A stretch of 64,000 nt of DNA from an uncultured Chloroflexia bacterium (lineage in GTDB: Bacteria; Chloroflexota; Anaerolineae; Anaerolineales; E44-bin32), in assembly GCA_963818575.1 (NCBI GenBank), contig CAWFSV010000013.1, forward strand, positions 172,233 through 236,232, given 5' to 3'. Positions within the stretch are counted from its first letter, which is position 1. Every line of letters starts with the position of its first letter. The position numbers were made by a program, and so were the translations under genes. The notes under the pieces are model-generated. The model worked only from the letters and a program-made list of their open reading frames with translations, made no database searches and was not told the DNA's origin. Positions 39,029 through 48,544 of the stretch are shown here, piece after piece.

Positions 39029-41506
39029 TCACCAGCGGATGATCAGATCCGACTCGGCTTGCGCCTGCAGGTCAAAGGCGTATACCCCACCCCCTAGATC
39101 CCGTCTCGACAGCGCTCCCTGATCGAGGGTCGTTTCGAGCGGTTCGCCAGGCAACCACAACCAGGCTCTGCCGCGCCGCGGCCGGCCAATCCCGATGCGA
39201 GCGTGCAGGGTCCTGCCCTCCAGGCGCCATGCTCGCACGACCTGCCCCTGTGACACATGCAGCGTGTCACCCATCCAGGCTGGCTTGCCCGTCGCCGGTC
39301 TGACCGACAGCAGCCTGACGCCGTGCGCCGGGATGGCCGTCAGGTGCATCTGCGCACCAGACGAAGTCCCCGCCTGTTCCCCCCAAACATCGACCCAGTG
39401 GTATGCGGGCGCGTCGGGCACGCCGAAGTGTCGCAGGTCGACCGAGTGCGAGCGTGGGCGATCGTCCCAATTCAGGTGTGCGATCAGCCACCACTTTCCC
39501 GCCGGCCCAGTCTGTTCGAGCACGATCCGGGACGGTTGCGCAGTTTCCAATGCATCCAGGACCCAGGCCCGGCCTTGCAGCGGAGGGATGAGCCGCCCGA
39601 GCCATTCGAGCCGCTCGGCGGAAAGCGTTTGCAGGTCGTCGGAGACCAACAGCGAGCCGCCGCTGAGGGCCAGGACCGTCGCCAGGGTCTGCACCTCGGC
39701 CGGCGTCAGGCGTGTCTCTTCCTGGCGAACGAGCAGGCAATCCGGGTCGTTGACCCACCACCGGTTGTGCAACGGCATGCGCGCCAGCACGTTGCGCACG
39801 ACATTTCGAACCGCCGGGAAGGTCGGCTCCGGACGGAGGAAGACCCCGGTGCCGAAGTACCTCGGATGCCACGCCGGGGCGACGTCGGTGCCGATGCGCA
39901 TGGCATCGAATAGGCCGATCCCCGAGCCGACAGGACAACCACAGCCGAGCAACGTGACCTCCGGGCCGGCCTCGGCACGGATCACCTGCAGAATCGCATC
40001 CATGGCCTGCGCTCGCGTCCGCGTCGGATCGTGCCTGCGTCCCTCGAGCACTCCTGCATACAGGAAGTCGAGCTTGAGGTAACGGAATCCGAACTCGTGA
40101 ATGGCGGTCCGGATCAGGCGCCGCGTATGCTCCACCACGTCGGGATGGGTCACATCCAGGCCGCGCGAGAGCACGCTCCAGGTGGATCCGGCGTTGGCCG
40201 CCAGGCCGCGCCAGCCTCGAAGGATCCATTCCGGTCGGCGCTGCGACAGGGCAGACGTCCGTGCGGTGATGAACGGCGCCAGCCAAAGCCCGGGTACGAA
40301 GCCTCGCGCGGAGAGTCTCCCGGCCAGCGCCGCGAGCCCGTCGGGAAAGCGTGCGTTCGTTTCCAGGAGCTCCGCCTCGGCCGCCTGGTAGCCGTCATCG
40401 AGCTGAACCAGGCTCAAAGGGATCTGGTCCCTCAGCTCGGCGGCGCGTTTCGCATTCGACTCCACGTCCTCCTGTCTGACCGACCTCATGTACTTGTACC
40501 AGGAGCACCAGCCGACAGGCACAGGGCGGATGCGCGGGGTGCCGTTCTCGGACGCCACAGCGTCGAGATACGGCGCCAGGGGATCCGGGCGGTCGAGGAA
40601 GACCGGTTGCACGCAGGCCCAATCGGTCTGGAGGTGGCGGCCGGGAGGGATCTCAACACCATCGCCTTGTGCCCAGAGGTGCATGCTCGGGGCGAAGCGA
40701 TCCAGCCGGACGGAAAGCGTCCCGTAGGATTGACGTTGGGAAAGGAAGCCAAACAGCATCCCGGTCCGATGGGTTCGATCCACGGCGACGCCGAACATGT
40801 GCGAGACGAATTCGCCGCGTCGCGGCGAAACCGGTGTGGCCGGATTCTCCGGCCACAGGATGGGCCCGAGGCGGGTGCGCGGCATTCGATCTCCCGGCAG
40901 CAAGGCGCCGGCGAAGGACCAGCTCTGGAACCCATTGGTGAAGAACGCCAGGTCCCCCGGATCAGCGTGCAAACGCAGGGCACCGGGTGTGGCGCGGGAT
41001 TTCGTCCCCCGGCGATCGAAAGGGCGTCCTCCGGGCGGGCCAACCTTGAGAAGGTCGATCGCGTCGATGGCGATCGATTCGGCAAGGTGGTTGGTCACCT
41101 TCATCCGCCACAGGAAGAGCGGTCGTTCCAGGCAGGCTTCGAAATCCAGGCTTAGTTCGACGCCCTGAAAGTCCAGACGGAGCCGGGCACTCTGCACCGC
41201 CCCATGCGAGCCTCGCTCCGGGCCGTGGTGTATCACTTCCGCCTGCGCCAACCCGCCATCCCAGAGCAGGTCTCCCCGGAGCGTTCGCAGACGCGCTCCG
41301 AGCGTGGCGTCTTCGATCCGGCCTCCCTGGCGAGCGAACAGATCCCATCGTCCGGAATCCCGGCGGAGGTAGAAAGTGAAGTCGGGCGATTCGAGAACCA
41401 GGCTGCTCACGCGGGCCTCCGCCCTAGAGTCCGGGACGGCCGCCGTGACCCTCGCGCCCCGGGATGGGTTACCGGGCAGGATACCTCGCCGGCGCGCAGT
41501 CGGCAA
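39029..41506 (-). CDS. GH36-like alpha-galactosidase-family glycoside hydrolase
   Basis: 825-aa intact ORF with VGWCSWYKY, LVQLDDGYQ, PGLWLAPF, FRYLKLDFLYAG, WVNDPD. The exact start is uncertain. Confidence 0.75.
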   Translation of the reverse strand: MPTARRRGILPGNPSRGARVTAAVPDSRAEARVSSLVLESPDFTFYLRRDSGRWDLFARQGGRIEDATLGARLRTLRGDLLWDGGLAQAEVIHHGPERGSHGAVQSARLRLDFQGVELSLDFEACLERPLFLWRMKVTNHLAESIAIDAIDLLKVGPPGGRPFDRRGTKSRATPGALRLHADPGDLAFFTNGFQSWSFAGALLPGDRMPRTRLGPILWPENPATPVSPRRGEFVSHMFGVAVDRTHRTGMLFGFLSQRQSYGTLSVRLDRFAPSMHLWAQGDGVEIPPGRHLQTDWACVQPVFLDRPDPLAPYLDAVASENGTPRIRPVPVGWCSWYKYMRSVRQEDVESNAKRAAELRDQIPLSLVQLDDGYQAAEAELLETNARFPDGLAALAGRLSARGFVPGLWLAPFITARTSALSQRRPEWILRGWRGLAANAGSTWSVLSRGLDVTHPDVVEHTRRLIRTAIHEFGFRYLKLDFLYAGVLEGRRHDPTRTRAQAMDAILQVIRAEAGPEVTLLGCGCPVGSGIGLFDAMRIGTDVAPAWHPRYFGTGVFLRPEPTFPAVRNVVRNVLARMPLHNRWWVNDPDCLLVRQEETRLTPAEVQTLATVLALSGGSLLVSDDLQTLSAERLEWLGRLIPPLQGRAWVLDALETAQPSRIVLEQTGPAGKWWLIAHLNWDDRPRSHSVDLRHFGVPDAPAYHWVDVWGEQAGTSSGAQMHLTAIPAHGVRLLSVRPATGKPAWMGDTLHVSQGQVVRAWRLEGRTLHARIGIGRPRRGRAWLWLPGEPLETTLDQGALSRRDLGGGVYAFDLQAQAESDLIIRW

Positions 41507-41547
41507 TCGCCATCGGGCAGAGCCCGTGCGCTATACTGACATCCGTC

Positions 41548-41760
41548 ATGCGACCCTCGACACCGTCTGCCGGCAAGGATCGCCGTCCGGTGCGGCCCGC
41601 CGACGAGGCGACACATCGTGGTAGGCGTCGGACGGTGCGGCGTGGCACGGGCCCTGGGAGCGTGTGTCCCGAATGCCGGCTCGGGAGGCTGGAATACGAC
41701 GGGTGCCTGGTTCTTCGCTGCCCGGCTTGCGGTTTCGGCGAGAGCGGACCTCCTACCTGA
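41548..41760 (+). CDS. Small zinc-ribbon protein, unknown function
   Basis: 70 aa ending ..SVCPECRLGRLEYDGCLVLRCPACGFGESGPPT. TATACT at 41532-41537 lies 10 nt before the ATG. Confidence 0.45.
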   Translation: MRPSTPSAGKDRRPVRPADEATHRGRRRTVRRGTGPGSVCPECRLGRLEYDGCLVLRCPACGFGESGPPT

Positions 41761-42005
41761 TGAGGTCGGTGGCTGCCAGTTGGCGGCGCCCTCCGGGATT
41801 TCCCATGGGCCCGATGCAAGGAGTGGATCGGCAGTCTGTCATGCTGGCGAACGACGTGGCCTCGGTGGGCCGCGGCGCTAACGCGGCAGCGACGCACGTC
41901 CAGGCGACCTCCGCCTGCATCCAGCTGCCGAGTGGGCAGGCAGAAGACGGTCCCCGGATCGGATTGCCGCCGGCACGCGTCCCAGCACATAGGGCTTGTT
42001 CGACT

Positions 42006-42587
42006 TTGAGCAAGGAACCGGAGGGCGACTTCGTCACGCGGAGATCGACCCTCGTCCTGGCGATCGCCGGGCTGACTCTGATCGTGATCGCCATCGTCGT
42101 CTGGCTGGTGCTGCCGCCGGTCCCGGGTCTGGCGCCTGCCGGGGATGACGATTGCGCTCCGGCGCAGGAGGCGAACGGTTCGGCGCCCGACCTGGCGCTG
42201 GAGCAGCTTTCGGGCGGCCAGCTGTCCTTGCAGGAGCTGGCCGGCGACGTTGTCTTGCTCAACACCTGGGCGACCTGGTGTCCGCCATGCCGGAAGGAGC
42301 TCCCGGCGCTGGAAGCGGTCTATCGACGATATCGTGAACAGGGCTTCGTCGTCCTTGGAGTGAACATCGGCGAGAACCGCGACCTGGTCGAGCGCTTCGT
42401 CACCCGCAGCGGCCTGACGTTCCCCATCCTGCTCGACCCCGACGAGGCCTCGCTGCGCGCCTTCGGTACCATCTCGCTCCCGAGCAGCTTCCTGATCGAC
42501 CGCCAGGGCACGGTGCGTGCCCGCTGGATTGGAGCGACGTGCGAACGCGAGCTGGAAGAAGCCATCCTACCCGTGCTCGGCCATTAG
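42006..42587 (+). CDS. TlpA/ResA-like membrane-anchored thiol:disulfide oxidoreductase
   Basis: TM segment (LVLAIAGLTLIVIAIVVWLVL), then NTWATWCPPCRKELPAL..GVNIGE..FPILLDPD..LPSSFLIDRQG. The start is uncertain (TTG 42006 or ATG 41839). Confidence 0.82.
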   Translation: MSKEPEGDFVTRRSTLVLAIAGLTLIVIAIVVWLVLPPVPGLAPAGDDDCAPAQEANGSAPDLALEQLSGGQLSLQELAGDVVLLNTWATWCPPCRKELPALEAVYRRYREQGFVVLGVNIGENRDLVERFVTRSGLTFPILLDPDEASLRAFGTISLPSSFLIDRQGTVRARWIGATCERELEEAILPVLGH

Positions 42588-42594
42588 GAGGTCC

Positions 42595-43015
42595 ATGAAC
42601 GCAACCGTCACCTGGTCCGCCGGCATGAGCTTCTCCGGCGCGGCCGACAGCGGCTTCAGCATCTCGCTGGATGCCAGTGCCGACGCCGGAGGGCAGGAGG
42701 GCGGATTTCCGGCCCATCGAGCTGATGCTGGTCAGCCTGGCGGGATGCACGGCCATGGACGTGATCTCGCTTCTGCAGAAGAAGCGCCAAACGGTCACCG
42801 GATTCCGCGTGCAGGCGGAGGCCGAGCGCGCCGAAACGCATCCGCGCGTGTTCACGCGCGTCCACCTGCGTTACATCCTGACCGGGAAGGGGTTGGATCC
42901 AGCGGCGGTGCAGCGCGCCGTCGAACTCTCCGAAACCAAGTACTGCCCGGTGCAGGCCATGCTGCGCCCGACGGTGGCGATCACATCGTCGGTGGAAATT
43001 CGCGAGGCAGACTGA
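42595..43015 (+). CDS. OsmC/Ohr-family peroxiredoxin-like protein; frame-shifted at ~42709
   Basis: AGGAGG lies 5 nt before ATG 42595. MNATVTWSAGMSFSG..GGQEGGF / RPIELMLVSLAGCTAMDV..LSETKYCPVQAML. Confidence 0.82.
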
Positions 43016-43078
43016 AGGGCATTCCCGGAATGCCGGGACCGGCAGCCGGGGATGGAGCCGACGATCAACGCCGACGTG

Positions 43079-44182
43079 TCAGCGGATGTTGAAGTAGGAG
43101 TAGTGGTATTGAATGCGGCCGTCAAGCAGACCCAGGGTGTCGTTCCCATCGGCGACCGCGCCGCGGTCGCTCTTCGCCGTCCAGGTGTAGTGCCGGGTGG
43201 ATCCGTTTCCGCTCTTGCCCGTGACCTGGAAGGTGGCGTTGGGCAGCCCTTCGGCCAACCAGGTGCGATACCACTCGGCGATCGCCTCACGGCCGACGAT
43301 CGTGCGCTGGCCCGTGACATGCGCCGCATTCTCGCGATACAGGCCTGAGATCAACTGGACATCCTTCTGGTTGATGCGTCCGACCAGCCGCTCCGGCATG
43401 TCGGCCACGACCGGGCCCGCCGGCCAATCGAACGCGGCGATCGTTTCCCACAGGTCGAGAAACGACGTCCGGGTCGAGAAGTCGTAGGCCCAGAAATTCG
43501 CCGCCGTCAGCCCCATCGATTTGGCCCGGACCAGGAAGCGTTCGATCTCGGCCGCCGTCGGCCGCCACCCGCCGTGACTGTACGTCGGGCCCGTCGGGAT
43601 GATCGGACGCGCCGGGTTCAGGCTGTGGTACTGCTGCACGCAGCGCTCGAGCTGTTCCTCCACGTTGTGCGCTTGTTCGAAGTACACCTGCGGCATCGCC
43701 AGGTCGCACTGTTCGAGGAACTCAGCATACGGGAACGTCGGGTGGGTCCGCGGGTAGCGATAGGTGCTCAGGGCGATCGGCAGGTCGCCCAGGCCGGCGC
43801 GCAGCGTGTTCATGTAGCGGCGCGCAGCCGCCGCCTTGCCCGGCTTCTTGTACTCGATCTCGGCGTCGACGACGAAGCCGTCGATGCCCAGGCTGCGTGC
43901 ACGCTGGACCGCCAGTTGAGCTTCCGCTTCCGGATAGTCGCCGCGCACGTACTGCCATCCCCACACCGCCACGCCGGCCTGACGCAGCGCCACCAGGACG
44001 GGCGGGATCCAGTCCACCTTGGTCTTCAGATCGATGTTGTACGGCCAGTGACTTCCGTCGGCGATCTTGATCATGACGTGCGAGATGCCTGCCTTGACGA
44101 CGCGGGCCGTGATCGCAGACGGCGAGCCGCCGTCGCAATGGGGGAGCTGCCACATGTAATGACCCTTGCCCAGGAGCGTCAT
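43079..44182 (-). CDS. Hypothetical two-domain protein: TIM-barrel glycosidase-like N-domain plus NTF2/SnoaL-like C-domain
   Basis: 367-aa intact ORF. The N-half (..GISHVMIKIADG..GFVVDAEIEY..) looks GH25-like by eye. The C-half ..LYRENAAHVTGQRTIVGREAIAEWY.. looks SnoaL-like. The start overlaps the dinB stop (ATGA). Confidence 0.4.
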   Translation of the reverse strand: MTLLGKGHYMWQLPHCDGGSPSAITARVVKAGISHVMIKIADGSHWPYNIDLKTKVDWIPPVLVALRQAGVAVWGWQYVRGDYPEAEAQLAVQRARSLGIDGFVVDAEIEYKKPGKAAAARRYMNTLRAGLGDLPIALSTYRYPRTHPTFPYAEFLEQCDLAMPQVYFEQAHNVEEQLERCVQQYHSLNPARPIIPTGPTYSHGGWRPTAAEIERFLVRAKSMGLTAANFWAYDFSTRTSFLDLWETIAAFDWPAGPVVADMPERLVGRINQKDVQLISGLYRENAAHVTGQRTIVGREAIAEWYRTWLAEGLPNATFQVTGKSGNGSTRHYTWTAKSDRGAVADGNDTLGLLDGRIQYHYSYFNIR

Positions 44183-45363
44183 GCTTCCTCGCCTCCGCGG
44201 GATTTCTTCGTTCCGCGAGCATGCAGGTTCGCCGCCCGCTGCAGCGCCTGCTGTCCGAAGCGTGCCCGGATCGCATCGACCGCCTGCATCAGGCGGCCAT
44301 CCTGCTCCCAGCCGCGGTCGAACAGGTCGAGCTGCCGAACGTGCGATCCCAACCCGCTCACCCCCACGCCGATCAACCGCACCGGCCGTCCCTGTGGCCA
44401 GGTCGCCTGGAAGAGCGACTCGACCGCCCGATAGATCTCGCCGTCCTGGTCGGTCGGCTGCGGCACTCGGGTCTGCCGGGTCAGCGTGGTGAAGTCCGAC
44501 CAGCGCAACTTGAGGCGCACCGTCGATCCCGCCAGCCCGCCCTCGCGTAGCCGCTGGCCAACCTCTTCGGTGAGACGAAGCAGAGTCCGGCGCAATTCCC
44601 GGCCATCACTCACATCGCGGGCGAAGGTCGTTTCGCTGGACATCGACTTCGGCTCGTAGCTGTCGACCACGGGCTGGTCGTCCCGGCCCAATGCTCGAGA
44701 TGCAAGTTCCAGGCCGTGGGCGCCGAGCAGCCTGGTCAGCCGGTCAGGCGACTGGCCAGCCAGGTCCCCGATGGTGTGCACTCCCAGGCTCTCCAGGCTG
44801 GAGCGGGTCTTGGGCCCAACACCCCACAGCATTCCGACGGGCAGTGGCGCCAGGAATGCGGCCTCGTCGCCCGGAGGCACGGCGACCAATCCGTTGGGTT
44901 TCCCGACCTCCGTGGCGATTTTGGCGACCAGCCGGCTGGGCGCCACGCCCCAGGAGGTCGGAAGGTGCAGTTCGGTCCTGATGCGCGCCTGGAGCATGGC
45001 CGCCAACTCTCTCCCGGGGCGCGGGTCGTCGCTGACGTCGAGAAACGCCTCGTCCACGGAGACCTGCTCGACTACCGGGGCGGAATCACGCAGCAGTGCC
45101 ATGACGCGCTCCGACGCTTCGCCATAGACGCCATGCTTCGGGGGAACGATGATCAGGCTCGGACACAGGCGGACGGCGCGGGCGGTCGGCATCGCCGATC
45201 GGACGCCGAAGGCTCGGGCCGGATAGGAGGCGGAGGCCACCACCCCGCGCTGGTCCGGACGCCCGGCGACGACGAATGGCTTTCCGGTCAGTCCCGGATC
45301 GTTCAGCTCCTCGACCGAGCAGAAGAACGCATCCAGGTCAACGTGCAGGATGACTCGCGGCAT
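44179..45363 (-). CDS. dinB: DNA polymerase IV
   Basis: MPRVILHVDLDAFFCSVEE, YPARAFGVRSAMP, SVDEAFLDV, GVAPSRLVAKIA, LWGVGPKT. The ATG at 45363 follows GGAGGG. The upstream 233 aa of ORF 44179..46065 are rejected. Confidence 0.92.
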   Translation of the reverse strand: MPRVILHVDLDAFFCSVEELNDPGLTGKPFVVAGRPDQRGVVASASYPARAFGVRSAMPTARAVRLCPSLIIVPPKHGVYGEASERVMALLRDSAPVVEQVSVDEAFLDVSDDPRPGRELAAMLQARIRTELHLPTSWGVAPSRLVAKIATEVGKPNGLVAVPPGDEAAFLAPLPVGMLWGVGPKTRSSLESLGVHTIGDLAGQSPDRLTRLLGAHGLELASRALGRDDQPVVDSYEPKSMSSETTFARDVSDGRELRRTLLRLTEEVGQRLREGGLAGSTVRLKLRWSDFTTLTRQTRVPQPTDQDGEIYRAVESLFQATWPQGRPVRLIGVGVSGLGSHVRQLDLFDRGWEQDGRLMQAVDAIRARFGQQALQRAANLHARGTKKSRGGEEA

Positions 45364-45374
45364 CCGCCCTCCGG

Positions 45375-45402
45375 TTGACAGACCGCGATTCGCCGCTACA
45401 AT
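45375..45402 (+). promoter_or_regulatory. Near-consensus sigma70-type promoter TTGACA-16-TACAAT
   Basis: ttgaca at 45375-45380 and tacaat at 45397-45402. The ORF-track start at 45375 is this -35 box. Confidence 0.65.
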
Positions 45403-45431
45403 CGGGCGAATTCCCCAGGTGGAGACAGATC

Positions 45432-45728
45432 GTGCGGACGTGTTCGCTGTGCAAGGCACAATCCCCAGACACGGCCGATGTCTGTCGGCAGTGCGGAGCT
45501 GACCTTGACCGTCATGCTGAAACGGCGGTCGCTCTGGCGGCGCTGCGTGCCAATCCCCGAGTCCGCCGCATCCGTCTGATTGTGGCCAACGATGCCTGCC
45601 CGGCGTGCCGACGGGCCGAGCGCGACAACGCCAAGGACGATGCCCCTGCGCTCCCGGTTCACGGGTGCTCGTCGCCGCTCGGATGCCGCTGCTGGTACGA
45701 GCCGGCCCTTTCCGAGATCTACCCCTAG
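45432..45728 (+). CDS. Cys-rich zinc-ribbon protein, unknown function
   Basis: GTG 45432 lies 7 nt after GGTGGAG. VRTCSLCKAQSPDTADVCRQCGADL...ACPACRRAE...GCSSPLGCRCWYEP. Confidence 0.5.
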   Translation: MRTCSLCKAQSPDTADVCRQCGADLDRHAETAVALAALRANPRVRRIRLIVANDACPACRRAERDNAKDDAPALPVHGCSSPLGCRCWYEPALSEIYP

Positions 45729-45806
45729 CGCAGGCCTTCCGTCCGCCGTCGATCCGCCATGCTCGGCTGGGGACGGGTGTGTCCCGGGCCCGGCTTGCGT
45801 TGGGCC

Positions 45807-47306
45807 TCACCCGGCGCCGTCCGCCTGCATGCCGGCCCAGGTGGCGCGCACGAATGCGAGCGCTTCGTCGCGCGTCCCCACGCCGCCCTCGGCCTGCGCT
45901 TCGCGAAGCGCTTCCAGCAGTCGTCCGACGATGGGGCCCGGCTGTAGCCCAAGTGCCTGCATGACCTCTTCCCCGCTGATCAGCTTCGGCGGTTCGATGA
46001 TCTGCGCGTGCTCTTCGAAGAATGCCAGCAACAGCCCCCGCGCCACCGCCACTCGCCCTGCCCATTCCGCTTGAGGGGGTGAAGCGGCGTACTTCCCCAG
46101 CAGGTCGGCCAGCGACAACAGCACGATCCCGATCCCCGCCGGGCCGGCATCCTGGAAGAAACGATAGGCGGCGCGGCGCGTAACGCTCGACGCGGATTGC
46201 AGCATCTCCGGTCGCATGTGGTGCTCGACGGCGGAGACCAGGAACTCGATCTCATCGTTGCTCAGGCGAAGCGCTCGTCCCCGATCGGCCGCCAGCTGCG
46301 CCCCGTGAGCCTCGTGTCCGATGAAACGTGTGCGGCCGCCCGGCCCCCGCTGGCCCGTGAACGGTTTGCCGACATCATGGAGCAGCGCCGCCATGAAGAG
46401 CAGTTGTCGCCGGCTGCGACCAGGGGCGAGTTCATGACGGAGGTAGCCCTCAAGCCCATCGCGGAATCGTCCCAGGCGAAGGGAAGCCTCTCCAAGCGTC
46501 AGATCGGCCGGCCGGTGTTCGTCCGAATCAGGTCCGAGCACGGCCAGCAGGTCGGCCAACCGGTCGAGCACGGCCAGCGTGTGGGTCAGGCCGTCAAATG
46601 CGTGAGGCGAGGGTTGCGCCAGGCCGCGCAGGGGCTCGATCTCCGGACAGGCGACGCCGAGCAGCCCGAGGTGATCGAGTACGCGGAGCGGGCGGCCGGG
46701 CCGTTCCGCCTTCAGCACGCGCATCCATTCATCCCGGATGCGCTCCGGGGAGACACGCGACAGACCGCTGCCTGCGCCCCGGATGTGCTCCAGCATCTGC
46801 GGGTCGATGGTGAGGTTGAGCTCGGTCGCCAGGCGGACGGCCCGCAGAGCTCGAAGTGGATCAGCTTCGATGGCCGTCGGTCCGGCAAGCCTCAGGCGAC
46901 GATCGCGCAGGTCCTGCAATCCGCCCGTGGGATCGAGGACGACCTCCGGCGCATCGGGAGAGATGGCCATGGCATCAATGCTGAAATCCCTCGCCGCCAG
47001 GTCGGCTTCGATCGAACCGCCCCGCAGCCGGGCGAAATCCAGGCTCTGTCCGCCGCGGCTCGCCGGGAGCAGGACCCGGCCGGTATCGCGTTCGGCATCG
47101 AGCTCGTAGTAGGCGGCGCTCAGATGACCGGCGACGCGGCGCGCCAGCCGGCGCGCTTCCCCGTCCACGGCGAAGTCCAGATCAAGGATCGGTCGGCCGA
47201 GGATCTGGTCGCGCACGGCGCCGCCCACGAGCCACAGCCGCGGCGCATCGGGGAGATGCGCCAGCACCTCCGCGACGAGCGGCGGGAGCAGTGGACGGTT
47301 CAGCAT
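45807..47306 (-). CDS. cca: CCA-adding tRNA nucleotidyltransferase / poly(A) polymerase family with HD domain
   Basis: LVGGAVRDQILGRPILDLDFAV, RDFSIDAM, LLHDVGKP; 499 aa, intact. Confidence 0.88.
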   Translation of the reverse strand: MLNRPLLPPLVAEVLAHLPDAPRLWLVGGAVRDQILGRPILDLDFAVDGEARRLARRVAGHLSAAYYELDAERDTGRVLLPASRGGQSLDFARLRGGSIEADLAARDFSIDAMAISPDAPEVVLDPTGGLQDLRDRRLRLAGPTAIEADPLRALRAVRLATELNLTIDPQMLEHIRGAGSGLSRVSPERIRDEWMRVLKAERPGRPLRVLDHLGLLGVACPEIEPLRGLAQPSPHAFDGLTHTLAVLDRLADLLAVLGPDSDEHRPADLTLGEASLRLGRFRDGLEGYLRHELAPGRSRRQLLFMAALLHDVGKPFTGQRGPGGRTRFIGHEAHGAQLAADRGRALRLSNDEIEFLVSAVEHHMRPEMLQSASSVTRRAAYRFFQDAGPAGIGIVLLSLADLLGKYAASPPQAEWAGRVAVARGLLLAFFEEHAQIIEPPKLISGEEVMQALGLQPGPIVGRLLEALREAQAEGGVGTRDEALAFVRATWAGMQADGAG

Positions 47307-47318
47307 GCGCTTTGGCCT

Positions 47319-47876
47319 TCAGGAGTCGTGCAGGAACTTCTCGGGCTGTACCACGCCGATGAACGGTAGATTGCGGTAGTACTCATCCAGGTCCAGTCCG
47401 TAGCCGAAGACGAACTTGTTCGGGATGACGAACCCGCAGTAGTCGATCGGCACCTGGGCCTCACGCCGCTCGGCTTTGTCCAGGAGCGTGCACACGCGCA
47501 GGCTGCGCGGGCGCCGGGCGCCGAGCAGTTCGAGGACCGAGGCGATCGTGTGCCCGCTATCGATGATGTCCTCCACCAGCAGGACGTTGCGCCCCTCCAC
47601 CGAGCTTGCCAGGTCCAGTCCGATGCGCACCTGGCCGGTGGTCTGGCGTGCACCGGCGCCATAGGAACTGATGGCCATGAAATCGACCGTATGCGGGACG
47701 GTGATGGCGCGCATCAGGTCGGTGAGGAACATCACCCCGCCGCGCAGGATGCACACCAGCATCAGGTCCTGTCCCGCATAGTCGCGGCTGATCTGGTCCC
47801 CGAGCTCGCGAATGCGCTGCTGGACCCGGTCGGCGGGGATGAGGATCTCGGCCAGGAACTCGCGGTAATCCTGCAT
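47319..47876 (-). CDS. hpt: Hypoxanthine(-guanine) phosphoribosyltransferase
   Basis: LVCILRGGVMFLTDL, NVLLVEDIIDSGHT, KFVFGYGLDLDEYYRNLP. Confidence 0.93.
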   Translation of the reverse strand: MQDYREFLAEILIPADRVQQRIRELGDQISRDYAGQDLMLVCILRGGVMFLTDLMRAITVPHTVDFMAISSYGAGARQTTGQVRIGLDLASSVEGRNVLLVEDIIDSGHTIASVLELLGARRPRSLRVCTLLDKAERREAQVPIDYCGFVIPNKFVFGYGLDLDEYYRNLPFIGVVQPEKFLHDS

Positions 47877-47879
47877 GGC

Positions 47880-48452
47880 TCAGTCCCGCGGCACGTCGTG
47901 ATGCTGCCGACAGCGGGCCTCGTACATCTCGCTTGCCCCGACCACGACGACCGGGTCATGGTAGTGGGCCGGACGGCCGTTGATCAGGCGTTGGGTGCGT
48001 GTGGCGGCTTCGCCGCACACCATGCAGATGGCGTGCAGTTTATCGACCTGTTCCGCCTGTGCGATCAGCAGCGGCATGGCGCCGAACGGCTCCCCACGGA
48101 AATCCATGTCCAGCCCGGCGACGATGATGCGCAGCCCGCGATCGGCCAGCTGCTGCACTACGGCGACGACGGCGGGATCGAAGAACTGCGCCTCATCCAG
48201 CGCCACGACGGTCGTGCCCTTCTCCACCAGTGCCGGAACCTCGCCGGCCGCTTCCACCGGCGTGGCTTCGAATTCGGTGCCGGCGTGCGAGGTGACCTTT
48301 CCCTTCTCGTAGCGCACATCGACGCTCGGCTTGAAGACCTGGATTCGCTGCCGGGCGATCCGCGCTCGCCGCAGGCGGCGGATCAGCTCATCGGTCTTGC
48401 CGCTGAACATCGATCCGGTGATGACCTCGACATGTCCCGTCCCGTGCTGCAT
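47880..48452 (-). CDS. tdk: Thymidine kinase
   Basis: From [48 protein letters not shown]. The ATG at 48452 follows a GGAGAC SD. Confidence 0.92.
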   Translation of the reverse strand: MQHGTGHVEVITGSMFSGKTDELIRRLRRARIARQRIQVFKPSVDVRYEKGKVTSHAGTEFEATPVEAAGEVPALVEKGTTVVALDEAQFFDPAVVAVVQQLADRGLRIIVAGLDMDFRGEPFGAMPLLIAQAEQVDKLHAICMVCGEAATRTQRLINGRPAHYHDPVVVVGASEMYEARCRQHHDVPRD

Positions 48453-48481
48453 CGCGCCGTCTCCATTCGGAGGAAAAGCAA

Positions 48482-48511
48482 CTGGGCAGGCGCCGGTCGG
48501 CACCTGCCCAG
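48482..48511 (-). terminator. Intrinsic terminator after rpmE
   Basis: ctgggcagg / cctgcccag (9-bp stem), followed on the minus strand by TTGCTTTTCC. Confidence 0.7.
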
Positions 48512-48544
48512 AGTGTACACCCACGAAGCCGCGGGGCAACCCGT

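Noticed and set aside
45375-45431. TTG at 45375 and TTG at 62812 as start codons, as used by the ORF track
   Set aside because: Both TTGs are the first bases of TTGACA hexamers. These sit 16-18 nt upstream of TACAAT/TATACT boxes, so they are -35 elements. The coding regions start at the downstream GTGs.
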